From the IMG/VR virus record IMGVR_UViG_3300021255_002694: a stretch of 64,000 bases of DNA, one strand, 5' to 3'. A program made the position numbers and the translations under genes. Shown here in pieces: positions 41,353-53,268 of the stretch. The notes beneath the pieces are model-generated. The model was not told the DNA's origin and searched no databases. It saw only the letters and a list, made by a program, of their open reading frames with translations. The first letter of the stretch is position 1. Every line of letters begins with the position of its first letter. The stretch is from a virus (Duplodnaviria; Caudoviricetes).

Positions 41353-42465
41353 ATGATAAGATTGATTATGGAGTCAGGTGAATCTACTAATGGTTCTCTT
41401 GCAAATTCAAAATATGCAAAGTATCTAACAACAGATCAGATTAAAGAATTTGATAATCAGTATAAGATGCTTGCATCTCTGGCAAAACTGATAAATGACA
41501 ATATTGAAATTCTGAAAGAACAGGATACTAAAGTTCCTGATGTATTTTGGAATGCTGGTGATGGAGAAGATGAGTATATCTATGCTTGGTTAGATGATGC
41601 TTGGGATCAGTTCAAAGATTATGTAGATTCTATTGGTTGTGAAATTGATGTTCGTGACGGTAGAAGTTCTCCACATGTTACATTTAATTGTGATTTCTTG
41701 TATAATCTAAGAGAAGAATTGCGCGGCGGATATAAGGTCACTGTTGATGATGTTGCACACGCTATTTTTGAAACACGATACGGCGGATATGACGATATAT
41801 GTACATCTGTAAAGGACTTTGATTTTAGCGTAGATTATAACCTAGAGAAGTATGATTATGATGATACAAGAGATGCTGTTCAAAGCACTTTTAATGATTT
41901 TACATTCTATGATACAACTGACTATGCATCTACATATGAAGATATAGATAGAGCAATACAAGCACTTGACTACATTGATTCTTTCAAAAATAATGCTACT
42001 GACAATTATAGATCATGGTATGTTAATAATGGTTATGGTGGTTATGCCGATGATGATTTTGATGAATCTGTCAACAGCAGAAGAAGAAACAGAAAACTTG
42101 TCAAAGAGGATATTGATGATAATTATACAAATGAAGAAAAAGATGAAATTATAGATGAAAAGGGATTACGACACTATCTTCTCGATGATAATTATTATTC
42201 TTGGGATGCGTGGAATTTTAATAAAGTTATAGATGCTTTGTCAGAAATGGATAAAAAACATAAAGAATTATTTAGATCAGGTAAAAAGAAGAATAGAGTC
42301 TCAAAGAGAAATCTTCATCGTTCTAGTATGCATGTTGACGCTCTTATTCAAGACGCTGATAGGGAAGCAGGAAATCCTGTTAGAGCTATTGATTACTCTG
42401 AAATTTTCGATGAATTTCCAGAACTAGAACAAGATGCAAAGCGTATTGGTCTGAAAACAAAATAA
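41353..42465 (+). CDS. Leader-bearing acidic protein (MIRLIMES) with internal basic linker
   Basis: ACTATA-hairpin upstream; internal FDES-VNSRRRNRK-LVKE. Confidence 0.75.
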   Translation: MIRLIMESGESTNGSLANSKYAKYLTTDQIKEFDNQYKMLASLAKLINDNIEILKEQDTKVPDVFWNAGDGEDEYIYAWLDDAWDQFKDYVDSIGCEIDVRDGRSSPHVTFNCDFLYNLREELRGGYKVTVDDVAHAIFETRYGGYDDICTSVKDFDFSVDYNLEKYDYDDTRDAVQSTFNDFTFYDTTDYASTYEDIDRAIQALDYIDSFKNNATDNYRSWYVNNGYGGYADDDFDESVNSRRRNRKLVKEDIDDNYTNEEKDEIIDEKGLRHYLLDDNYYSWDAWNFNKVIDALSEMDKKHKELFRSGKKKNRVSKRNLHRSSMHVDALIQDADREAGNPVRAIDYSEIFDEFPELEQDAKRIGLKTK

Positions 42466-42598
42466 TATTACATAAATATAAGAAAAATATAGTTTTTAGA
42501 GTTAGAAAATAAATGATACTTTAACTTTAGATTGTGTGATCGGAATGATGATCACACAATCTATTTTTATTGCTTGCATAGAAAGGAATGTTTTTAAT

Positions 42599-42868
42599 AT
42601 GATTAAATTGATCGAAAATAATGGTTCTTCAAAAGGAAATAAAAGAACAGTAAAAGAAAGCGGAAATACACCTAGATTTGAATATAGTTCTATGGCAGAT
42701 GTAGCACTAGATGTTTTAGCAAGAATACAAAAAGCATGTGATCTTCTTGAAGATACAGAAGGATTTACAGAGACAGATAGTGAGTATATTCATAGAGCAT
42801 TTGATCTACTTGAAATTGCTTATAGAGATCAAAAAGACCTTTGTGATGAATTGGAAAATTATGCTTGA
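42599..42868 (+). CDS. Leader-bearing acidic protein (MIKLIEN...TVKES)
   Basis: AACTTTA-hairpin upstream; GAAAGG SD. Confidence 0.7.
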   Translation: MIKLIENNGSSKGNKRTVKESGNTPRFEYSSMADVALDVLARIQKACDLLEDTEGFTETDSEYIHRAFDLLEIAYRDQKDLCDELENYA

Positions 42869-42922
42869 AGATACAAATTTTATTCAATTATTTTTGATTA
42901 GAAAGGATTAGTGATTATATAT

Positions 42923-43126
42923 ATGATTAAGCGAATATGTGAGACATCTGATTCAAACATTGATTATAAGTTTGCACTAATTGAACTATATGAATATGTT
43001 TTTGGAAAAAGATTAGATGATCCAGAAGCAATGAAGAATAGACTAATTGCAAGATTTGATGATCTATGCGACATAGAGGATAGGTGGAATACAAGATGGT
43101 CTAATTATACAGAATATGGTGAGTGA
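42923..43126 (+). CDS. Leader-bearing protein (MIKRICETS)
   Basis: GAAAGG SD; shared leader. Confidence 0.6.
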   Translation: MIKRICETSDSNIDYKFALIELYEYVFGKRLDDPEAMKNRLIARFDDLCDIEDRWNTRWSNYTEYGE

Positions 43127-43317
43127 TAATTTAGTGTGATTAGATTACTACATGAATCTGCCGAAGATAGAAAGCTATATAAGTTTTAATATATCAAAAA
43201 AAATACAGAGTTTATTGATATAAGATATTAAAAAAAACAACAGATAACTATAGTTCATGTGATCTGGTTAAAGGTCACATAATACTTATATTTTTTGATT
43301 AGAAAGGATTTGTTATT

Positions 43318-43869
43318 ATGATAAAGATTATAAATGAAAATTCAAACTTTGAACAATATGTGGTTGGAATTGCTTTTAAGTGTATTGATGGTGAGCCATA
43401 TATTGTATCTGGAACTAACCTATCAACGGAAAACGGTAATGCTGTTGATAGACAGTATTACAGAGGTGACTACATGTTCAAAGAAAAAGTGTTTGATAAT
43501 ATTAAAGATGCTAAGAAGTACAAAGCAATGTTTGATAGATACATTGGTCAAGACTTTAGTGAAGTTCAGGATATGGTTGACGAATCATTAACAATAAATG
43601 AAAGGCATGAATTTAGACATACTCTTTCAAATGATCCGACTGGTTATGAAAGATATGTAAACTATGCTGAAACACTTGTTACTGTATGTGAAAACTTAGT
43701 AGACGCCGCAGAAGTTTATTTGAAACGTGTTGAGGATAATGAATATTTCTACACTGATCCAAAGAACGAGAGATGGTATGGTTTAGATGAAAAGATGGAG
43801 CAGATTTCAAAAGTAATGCGTCAGATAGAGTCCTTGAAAAATAAAATATACAATAAACTTGAATCATGA
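43318..43869 (+). CDS. Leader-bearing protein (MIKIINEN)
   Basis: AACTATA-hairpin upstream; internal VDESLTINE. Confidence 0.7.
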   Translation: MIKIINENSNFEQYVVGIAFKCIDGEPYIVSGTNLSTENGNAVDRQYYRGDYMFKEKVFDNIKDAKKYKAMFDRYIGQDFSEVQDMVDESLTINERHEFRHTLSNDPTGYERYVNYAETLVTVCENLVDAAEVYLKRVEDNEYFYTDPKNERWYGLDEKMEQISKVMRQIESLKNKIYNKLES

Positions 43870-43968
43870 TCTATCTGATAGGGTAATACATTGCAACATT
43901 GTAAATAGTAGACAAAAACTCCACATATTATTTGTGGAGTTTTTTATACACTAATTTTTGAAAAGGTA

Positions 43969-43997
43969 TTGACAAGTTTATGATAATGTGTTATACT
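43969..43997 (+). promoter_or_regulatory. Recurring sigmaA-type promoter
   Basis: TTGACA-N17-TATACT; preceded by AAAAACTCCACA..TGTGGAGTTTTT hairpin. Confidence 0.85.
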
Positions 43998-44856
43998 ATA
44001 TTCAGAAAGTCAAGATAATGCATGTGTTAAAAATGATTGGAGGTTTATTATGTATAACAAGTATGCGGATAGAACAATGAAAAGGGTACTTAAAGTTATC
44101 AAGGTCGGCAATACGAAAATGGCATTTTACGTGTGGAGATGTGTTACAAAATGAAATTTTATTTTAGAAGTGTCTGGGGAAATACAGTTCTCTGTAATTC
44201 AGATGGTTCTGTTGTTGATATTACCGATACATACATTTTTGAGAATTTTGTTATTCCGATTGTAGATTTTTTATCCGAACACGGTTTACGTGGATTTTAT
44301 GGCGGCGGAATGTGCATCATTGATAATGCTGATGAAGCACCGTTCAATGTCACTGGATGTACTTTTACCGTAGATAACAAAAATGTTACAATTACTGATT
44401 GAAAGTGAGAAATAAATTATGTTAAATTTTGCAGATTTTACAGAGGGTAGAACAGTATATGTTCTTAATTTTCACCACAGAGATAATTTTGAAAGGGCAA
44501 CTTTGGAAGAAACTGTAATTGATTCTGTCGGAAGAAAATATGTGTCTGTTGGTAGAGATAAGTTCTTTCTGAATAATGCAAGAAATGATCTGTACCTCAC
44601 ACAGAAAGTTGATGGTGGTACAGCAAACTATCTGTTCCTGACCAAAGAGGACTATGATCGTTATTCTGAATACAGAGAACTCTATAAGTGGTTTCATCAT
44701 ATTGCATCCGGTAAGCTGACATATGAACAGCTTAAAGCGATTAAAGAAATTATTGATAATGATCAGTAAAAATAGTAATGATATAAACTATATCAATGTG
44801 ATTGTTTAATGCAGTCACATTGATTATTTATATAGTAATGAAAGGGTTGTTGATAT

Positions 44857-45144
44857 ATGATTAAACTGATTAAAGAGGGATCAAGAGTAACTGATTCTAA
44901 AGAGTGGTTTGATATGTGGTTTGAGGATAAGAAATCTATTATTTCTACTATGTATTCTAATATGGGTTCTGATTTGGCGGCTGGATATGACTATTTTGGA
45001 AAGTCTATTCAGCGTCAAAAACAGGAGATCGCAAACTATGAAGCTGAATTTGAAAGACAGCTAGATAAGTTTAAGTCTATGTCAGATGATGAAGTAAATA
45101 GATGGTGTTTCTATGATATGAAGAAGCGCGGCGCGATTGATTGA
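44857..45144 (+). CDS. Leader-bearing protein (MIKLIKEG)
   Basis: AACTATA-hairpin upstream. Confidence 0.7.
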   Translation: MIKLIKEGSRVTDSKEWFDMWFEDKKSIISTMYSNMGSDLAAGYDYFGKSIQRQKQEIANYEAEFERQLDKFKSMSDDEVNRWCFYDMKKRGAID

Positions 45145-45155
45145 GGTTGATTTAT

Positions 45156-45482
45156 ATGATAAAGTTAATTTCTGATAGTGGTGAGTACAATAGGTTTGAA
45201 AGTTCTCTTAGAATGGTTGCAAGTAAATATAAATTCGGTATTGGTAGGACATTAACACAGCCAGGATATTCATACACCAAGATTAAAGGAAATGAAAATT
45301 CACCAAAATATATTGGTAGCATAGTAATAGAATATAATTTTGAAGAATATAAGAATTATCCTATAAGCCTAACTATTGAGCGTAGTGATGGTGATGAAGA
45401 TACTTGGTATTGTACAACATTTAGAGAGGCACTTGATTATGTTGATCGTTGGCTTCACGATGAATATGATTGGTTTAATTGA
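45156..45482 (+). CDS. Protein with variant leader (MIKLISDS)
   Basis: GAGG SD; follows the previous leader gene. Confidence 0.65.
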   Translation: MIKLISDSGEYNRFESSLRMVASKYKFGIGRTLTQPGYSYTKIKGNENSPKYIGSIVIEYNFEEYKNYPISLTIERSDGDEDTWYCTTFREALDYVDRWLHDEYDWFN

Positions 45483-45565
45483 TAACTATTGACTTTTAGT
45501 TATTTCATACAAAAATCCGTGCATTTATTTGTGCGGATTTTTTCTATTTATTTTTCAAAAAATGC

Positions 45566-45594
45566 TTGACAAAACAAATATAATGTGTTATACT
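45566..45594 (+). promoter_or_regulatory. Recurring sigmaA-type promoter
   Basis: TTGACA-N17-TATACT; upstream region closely resembles that at 4173-4260. Confidence 0.85.
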
Positions 45595-46649
45595 ATATTT
45601 GTAAGGTTAAGACAAACCAAATGTGAAGTGAGGTAAATATGAGAGTTTCGTATAAAGGTCAGGATCAGAATTTCAAATACAGAGTGGCTGAGATCGGATA
45701 TGATGATGCTAAAGAACTAACACTTCTCGAAAATACCGCAGAACTCATGGAAGATCGTGGATGGAATATCGACATCTGCGGATGCGGATATGCAAGTTGT
45801 AAGGTAGACGATGCTGACGATTTCAGATCGTTTATGAGAGATTGGAAAGAGTGCAAGAGGATTGCACGTAACAGAAAGTGAGGATAACTGTGATGAGAAA
45901 AATACCGATTTGTTCTGTAGAAGAACTTAAAAACATTTTGACAACTTTTTACGGCATTGATTTTGGTGATACTCGTATCCTCGGGATCACCAGAATTCGT
46001 GATAGTCTACTTGATAAATATGAAACAATCACGATCATAGACAAGAATGAAATTGAAAGACTCAGATATAGAAATCCAGATTATGATTTCCTGTACGATG
46101 ATATAATTGAGTGCATGGAATGCGAAGTTCTGCCGTATCAGTTTGTTTTACATCTAGGATAAAGGAGTGATTTATATGGCAAAAGAGTTTTGGGGTTGTA
46201 CTGGTTGTGATCATTCCAAATATGATGAATTCTGTACTGAATGTGGTACATGTGTGAATGGTAGCAACTATGAGAAGTCTTGTTGCTATGAATGTGACGG
46301 ATGTATACACGCTATATTTAATGATGGTGAATGGTACTGTGAGAAATCGAACATGCTGTGTGAAGATATTAACGGCTGTGATGACTACAAAGAAAGGTGA
46401 TATAAAATGTATGCTATTATTTCTGATGGTGAGTATGTCGAGGGATTCTGTAATACTCTCGAAGAAGCTAAATCTTGGCTCGGAAATTCTGATGGATATA
46501 GAATTGAAGAAGTTTCAAACCGCTGCTCAAGATGCGAGGGATGCGATCTTGTAAAAATAACTGATGGCAAATTCTACTGCTCTACTTGTGAAGTTCCTTG
46601 TGATGAAATCAGAAAGTGTCCTTGGTCTATTACTTTTTCTTAAATTGTA

Positions 46650-46678
46650 TTGACAAATCACAAATAATATGTTATACT
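46650..46678 (+). promoter_or_regulatory. Recurring sigmaA-type promoter
   Basis: TTGACA-N17-TATACT. Confidence 0.8.
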
Positions 46679-46725
46679 ATATTTGTAATGTAAGTAATAA
46701 CCAAAACAGAGAAGGGGGGGGCATT

Positions 46726-47019
46726 ATGGCAAACATTAAAAATTCTGAGATCGAATTCCTTAAAGAACTGAGAGATAAACTCTCAAGATATAAGAGATTC
46801 AAAGAAGATTGTGCAGAACTCGATGCACTTCTTGTAAGGCAAGAGGAAATGATTGTCAAGAGAAATGCTAGAACTTGGGAACACATTAAAGAAAAGAGAG
46901 AAACCGATCCCACCTACGGTAGATCAAAAGCAGACATTGAAAAGTATAAATGCTATCAGAGAGAAACCAATACTGTTGTCAATGAAATGTTTGATACATG
47001 GTTTGGGGATAAGGAGTGA
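46726..47019 (+). CDS. Hypothetical protein; paralog of 49684..49941
   Basis: NIKN.+.E.L and RT.E..KEKR..DP.YGR shared. Confidence 0.7.
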   Translation: MANIKNSEIEFLKELRDKLSRYKRFKEDCAELDALLVRQEEMIVKRNARTWEHIKEKRETDPTYGRSKADIEKYKCYQRETNTVVNEMFDTWFGDKE

Positions 47020-48818
47020 TCGCTATGTTGAAATATGAGTTTGAACAGATTTCCGGATATGAAGTTTCGGATGATGATTATAACAAGTACATTGAGCCTA
47101 TGTATATGGCTTTGCCGGATGGAATTACAAAACAAGAATTCGTAAAAATGATCAGCAAAAAGCGTTTTGCTTTACCGACAAAACAGCAGATGAAGAAACA
47201 GATGCGAGAGATCGCAAAACATCTGTATGAAATCTGTGGAAGATATACAGATTGGAAGTCTGTTGACGAACTTATGAAAATCGCAAGAAGATACGCAAAG
47301 CTGTTTCATGGTCTTGACTGGGGAAACGATATTGAGTGCTTCGTGTACACGCATGATGAATATGAGTTTCCTGAAATCAAGCGTGGATGTACATATCCGA
47401 AAACACTTGTGATCGGAAAAGGTAATACAGTCTATGAGGAAATCGAACTGGTAAAAGGAGATATGTGATCATGAGAAAGTTAAAGGATGCAAACAATTTT
47501 ATTGACAGAATAAATGAAACAAATGATATTGATATTCTGTTTAATGGTATATATGAGGAAATAAGGGTAGAACTGGAAGCATATGTTGACGGAGATGCAG
47601 ACGGTGATCCTAACCCGTTGATTGATGCTAGCAATTACATATTGGAAAAGGTTTCAAAACTTAGGAAACTCAATAATTGTCAGTAATTTTGACAGCACCT
47701 TAAAAGAGAATGAACTTATCCAGCTAAACCTGTGATCGGTAGAAAATATATGATCTATAAAAAAAAATCGAACTGGTGAAAGGAGAATAACAATGTTAGT
47801 TTATTCTGTATATGACAATATGAAAAATCCGAACTCTGTTGTTCTTGATGCTCTTACAGCACTTGAAGCTATTGCTTGTGCAAGAGAGATTATTTTGGCG
47901 AAGATTAAGGATATTGGAATTCCAACTCCGTCTACAGAATCTCGGTACAATGATCTTAAAGCCGATCTTAATTATACTGATATGAAAATGTTTGAGCATC
48001 TTCTTTTCAGTTTCGCAGATACAACACCAAATGGTTGTGTATCTGTTGCTGTACGGGAAGTTTGATATACAGATCAGAAAGGAGAACGATTATGAACATT
48101 CCGGAAATTGTACCATTTAAGAAAGCCTTTACAGAGGCTTTTGAGAAGAAGTTTGGTGTTGAATTTAATGAGGATACGATCAATACTCTGAAAAATAATA
48201 GCTTTCACTTTATGATTCATTACGGAAAAATCTTTTTCGCTATCTCCAATACTGTTAAGCATAAATATGATGACGAATACAGCATGTTCACAGTTGATGT
48301 GATTGATTGCACTCAGAATAGCAGATACACTAATCATGATCCGGACATCAAAAGCGAACGTAAATCTGAAATCAGCATGAAAGGTCTTGACAATATCTGC
48401 AAATTTGTAGATAAGACAAGAAAAGCCTTTGCTCAGAAGTGGATTGGTTTGCTGTTTGGTGATGCAACAAAAATTGACTGAATGATATGGAGAGTATGTA
48501 ACATGAGAAATAAAAGAATTGAGTATGACGGTCTTTTTGTAAAGAAAGAATATGAAGCTGTTGAAAAGCATATCAGGATGGCATGTGATGAATTTATCAA
48601 AAATTTACTGAATGATGATATGTGTAAAGACTTCATTATTCCTGACCTTGAACCGCATGTAATGGGACATCTTCAATGTGCGATCAGTGATTTGGCAATT
48701 AACGAAGCATATGATGACTATATGAAGCGTCATAATGACACCCCGTAACTATAAAAATTATACAAAAATCTGCCCATAAATTTGGGCAGATTTTTTGTAT
48801 AATGATAGGAATAAACAC

Positions 48819-48847
48819 TTGACATTTTACGATAAATATGGTATACT
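48819..48847 (+). promoter_or_regulatory. Recurring sigmaA-type promoter
   Basis: TTGACA-N17-TATACT; preceded by AAAAATCTGCCCA..TGGGCAGATTTTT hairpin. Confidence 0.85.
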
Positions 48848-49683
48848 ATATTTGTAAAATGTAAGCCATAACCGTGAAAGATTGAAGAATCTGAATATGA
48901 GTGAGGTAATTAAAATGAAAGTTTCTGATTGGAAATCTGTAGTAACTCCGGAAATGATTGAAGAAACTAAAAAGAATATCACAGATGAATTCATCCGTCG
49001 TTTCTATGAGTTCATCGAGGATGTTAAGAAGTATATCAATGGTGAACTTGCTCAGAGAGACTTCGGTTGGAAGTATGGATGGGCATTCAGCACCGTTGAA
49101 AATGCTCAGAAACATGTTAAGGATACTCTCTCCAATATTGCATTCTTCCAGAAGAATGTATATTGTGGTAAGTGGTCTTTCAAGTGGGAGAACGAAGGAT
49201 ACAACATGAAAGTGATCTGGAAACTCGTTGAATCCGGATTTCTTTCCCACGATCAGTATTGGAACCATAATGCAAGAGCATCCGGTCAGACTGATTTATA
49301 TTATATCAGTCAGGCAACAGCAAAGCAGATTTTGAAAGAGCATAAGAATAGGGGGTGATTTTATTGTCCGTTTTGGAAAGTGTAAAGTGTAACTCCTATG
49401 ATTTTGAAACTGTTAAATCTGTTTTGGAGTTTTTCAAGATAAACTATAATGTGAGCGCTCCTGATAGTTTGTCAGATGTTTTTATTTCAATCTTCTATAT
49501 TATTGACGATATTACCGAACCAAAAGTAAAGAATCTTGCAAACTGGTTTTATGATCTTATAACAAAAGATGAAATCAGTATGGTTTGGTTTGAATATAGA
49601 AACAGAGATAATGACTATAAGACAGAAGCAATCACCTGTTGCTTTCCGCCCGAACTACATGATTTTTAAGGAGTGATTTACAC

Positions 49684-49941
49684 ATGGCTATGAACATTAA
49701 GAATAATGATCTTGAACTTTTAAGAACAATCTGTGCTGATCTTGACAGAGCCGCACACAGTATGCTCGATGCAGATATGATTAAGAGGTCTGTTGATCTT
49801 GAAATTCTTGTTGAGCGACTTGAACAGCAGAGAGATGTGGCAAGAAAAAGGACAGCAGAGTTTGTGAAAGAGAAGCGAAAGGCTGATCCTGCATATGGCA
49901 GAGGTGCGTCTGAACGTAAAAGATATAAGAGAGGTGTTTAA
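49684..49941 (+). CDS. Hypothetical protein; paralog of 46726..47019
   Basis: Shared N- and C-terminal motifs. Confidence 0.7.
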   Translation: MAMNIKNNDLELLRTICADLDRAAHSMLDADMIKRSVDLEILVERLEQQRDVARKRTAEFVKEKRKADPAYGRGASERKRYKRGV

Positions 49942-50682
49942 TTATGTGGAGAACATTTCCAAAAAATGATGCATATGAACTGAGAGATTTTGTTTCTAAG
50001 AAACAGTACATGAGAGCATATATGAAACTACGTACTTGTTATCAAATTCTGCATGATCTCGAACCAAGCAAATTCACAGAGTTTGATCTTGATTTAGCTA
50101 TCAATGATGTGAATAGTGCGATTGATAATTACATGTACAGTGATGCAGAGTTCAAAGCTGTTTTTGATAACTTCATTGCAACATGTGATAATCTGAACAT
50201 TCTTGTGCCGACAAAAACATCAATTTAATAATTAGCATATATTAAAAATAAAAAGAAACATGAACTATATTTATATGTTTTAAGGAGCTTAATATGATCT
50301 CAAAAGAAACATTCAGATGTGGAAATAATACTCTTGTTGGTCTTGATGCAAAAGAGGTTCTTGAATTTTTATTTAGTCGCAATATGGGATGTGGTTATCA
50401 TCTTGTTACAGATTACATGAATGTCGGTTTCTCTATTGGAATCCCTTACGGTAATGCTAGATTTAATGTAATTCACTTTGATGATAGGAATAGTTACAAC
50501 AAAGGCTTTATTGAATTTGAGTTTGATTACATTAAACCTAGTATTTGGAACAATAAAAGAAATATCATCAACTATACTCTTACTGCTGGAAAGATTACAA
50601 GTTCTTCAGTTGGTTTGAATCCAGAATATATTGATGAAATCTTTAGACCTGCATAATATAAAATAATTAAATGGGTGATTGT

Positions 50683-51099
50683 ATGAAACTCATATATGAA
50701 AACATGAGCGTTGATGAGTTTATGAAAAGATACAATTATATGTATGATAAAGAGTGGTATGACGAAAACTTAAAAAGACCGCTACTTGTTGACACAAATG
50801 AGGATTTTGATGATCCTATTAAACTCATTACAAATAACGATTTCATGTTGATTCTCCACAGTTTTGAAAAAGAAGCACTAGAGTATGTAACAGATATTTT
50901 CGGAAAAATTGATATTCCGTTGATTGGAAGTTTTGATTTTGGCGATTTAGTTGATACTTTTTGTGATACATTTAACGGAATACGCATGACAATAGAAAAA
51001 ATATATCTTGAAGATGAACTTGAAAAATTGTATGATATGATTGATAGAAGTTTGGATGGAGTTGCATACTATGACGGTAGATATTTCAAGTTCGCTTGA
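50683..51099 (+). CDS. Leader-bearing acidic protein (MKLIYEN)
   Basis: GGGTGA SD; shared leader. Confidence 0.65.
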   Translation: MKLIYENMSVDEFMKRYNYMYDKEWYDENLKRPLLVDTNEDFDDPIKLITNNDFMLILHSFEKEALEYVTDIFGKIDIPLIGSFDFGDLVDTFCDTFNGIRMTIEKIYLEDELEKLYDMIDRSLDGVAYYDGRYFKFA

Positions 51100-51123
51100 T
51101 CTATGCCGGAAAGGAGTACGTAA

Positions 51124-51771
51124 ATGATATTGACATATGAGAACGATTTTTCCGATACTGATGACTGGACAGATTACTCTGATAGCGATTCTTATGATGA
51201 TAGTGTCGGAGAGGCTTTTTGTGCTGATATCACAGATATACTAAATGATCTTATTGATGAATCAGATATTATTGAAGAAGATTTCACTTCTGAGAGAAAC
51301 ATGAGAAATCACTTTGAGAAACATTGTTTAGGTCATAGTAGAAATAAACATTCTACACGGCAAAACGTCTACTATGACTTTAATGACAATAGCAAATACT
51401 GCGATTATGAGAGATTTATTTCAAATAGATTTGCAGATGCAGATGTAATTTTCGGATCATTATATGCATATGATGATATAATTAAAGCACTTAAAAAGTT
51501 ATTTACTGGTGATTATTTAATTAGATTTGGAACTGGCTGTGGTTTACGCAGTGGTGGAAGACCTGTTAGTTTGTCTATATATGCATTTTCTAGTAATGTA
51601 ACTGAAAATTATCAAGGTGGAAATACTGTCGATATTTGCATTAAGAACGGCGGCGGAAAAACAATTACACTTTATGCTGTTGACGCAAATTATCTTCAAA
51701 ATAAGTTCAATAACTTAATTAAGAAATACTGTGTATATACAGATATTTCTGATTTTGAGTTTAATAGCTGA
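51124..51771 (+). CDS. Protein with leader-like start (MILTYEN)
   Basis: AAGGAG SD; acidic N-terminal region. Confidence 0.65.
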   Translation: MILTYENDFSDTDDWTDYSDSDSYDDSVGEAFCADITDILNDLIDESDIIEEDFTSERNMRNHFEKHCLGHSRNKHSTRQNVYYDFNDNSKYCDYERFISNRFADADVIFGSLYAYDDIIKALKKLFTGDYLIRFGTGCGLRSGGRPVSLSIYAFSSNVTENYQGGNTVDICIKNGGGKTITLYAVDANYLQNKFNNLIKKYCVYTDISDFEFNS

Positions 51772-52475
51772 GAGGTTTAAAATGAGTTACTATATCTGCA
51801 TGTCAGTTATTCCAAAGATCATTGAACAAAGTGATGTTGTTCCGGTTGCTTTGGAGTTCTGTAAATATATGCTGAGACAAGAAAATATAGAAGAAATTAT
51901 TGGATGTAATATCAGTTGGCTACCTAATTATGCAAATCTTCTCCATGATAAAGAATTAGCTATTTGGAGTTTTAGTGATTCTGATAGTGATTTTCTTTAC
52001 AGCATTTTTAGATATACATTTGTTTACTATAAGAAATATAAGATGCTTTGTGTTATCGGTGATTATTCTGATTATAAGCACATCATATTCCAGAATTCAT
52101 GTGATCAAGATGAAGATTTTAACACATGGCAAGCATTGTATGCTGATAATCCGTGCAGAGATATTTTCAAAGAACTTGTCGATAAAACAGTATCAGGTGA
52201 AAATATTGCAGAAATACGCAAATATTTCAATGATGTTGATTGGGACAGCAATATTGATACTGAACTTGATACTGAATATTTTAAACGATGGTATGTCTAT
52301 AAGAAGATTGAAGATGCTCTATGCATTGATGGTGTTTTATGGGATGCTGACAGCGAGGACTTTTTCAAATTTGAGCTTGGAAAAAGACTCACTATAAGTA
52401 ATATGACAAATATAAAAGTAGCCGCAGTAAAGGCACTTAGTAAAGAAATTGAAAAACTGAAAGGGTTGATGAGTA

Positions 52476-52988
52476 ATGAAACTGATGATTCGTGAATCAG
52501 CGGAAAATGGATCGGAAATGACAATTAAAGAATTTTTAAGTGATGTTAAGAAGATTTATGCAGAGCATTTTCCGGACAGTCAGTGTCAGGCAAAACTAGC
52601 AAAGAATCTAGGCAGAGCAATTTTTATTGATTTTTACCTTGCAAAAGATTCATCTGAGGTTTCACATGGATACGCACAGAATGACATGTTTAAGTGTGGT
52701 TTTGTAATTCATCTGGACGATAATGTTGAAGCTGATTCTCCGATGCCTGATGCAACACTTGAGGCAATGAGTTCTGTGATCGCAACAAAGCCATCAAACA
52801 AGTGGCTTGCTTATGATGCAACTAAAGTTCCGTTTAGAAAGACAACTGGAAATGCAAAGAAGTTGCTTAGTACCATTGAAAAATATGTTCAGAAACTTGC
52901 AAATGCTATTCATACTGAATATGAGAATGATAACATTGCAGATAACTATAAATCTATTGTAAAATCAAAAATCGGTAACATTAAGTAA
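52476..52988 (+). CDS. Leader-bearing protein (MKLMIRES)
   Basis: AAAGGG SD; shared leader. Confidence 0.7.
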   Translation: MKLMIRESAENGSEMTIKEFLSDVKKIYAEHFPDSQCQAKLAKNLGRAIFIDFYLAKDSSEVSHGYAQNDMFKCGFVIHLDDNVEADSPMPDATLEAMSSVIATKPSNKWLAYDATKVPFRKTTGNAKKLLSTIEKYVQKLANAIHTEYENDNIADNYKSIVKSKIGNIK

Positions 52989-53001
52989 TGGGGTGATATA
53001 A

Positions 53002-53268
53002 ATGAAGTTGCAAAATGAAGAACTTGAATTTGACAGAGATGATATGCTTGATGATGTTGAACTACAAGTATTTTCTAAACTGCGCAAATATGCAGAGCGA
53101 CTTAACCATGTTGCAAATTATGAATCAAATCTAGTTCAAAAGAATGATGAAGAACTTGAATTTGTGTTTAATCACTATTTTAAGGATAGTCAGGATTTAA
53201 AAGATGCCATTAGAGATTTAAGAAACTCTATTGATGAGATAGAAAGAATTTTAGGAGTTGATCTATAA
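53002..53268 (+). CDS. Acidic protein with leader-like start (MKLQNEE)
   Basis: GGGGTG SD. Confidence 0.65.
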   Translation: MKLQNEELEFDRDDMLDDVELQVFSKLRKYAERLNHVANYESNLVQKNDEELEFVFNHYFKDSQDLKDAIRDLRNSIDEIERILGVDL

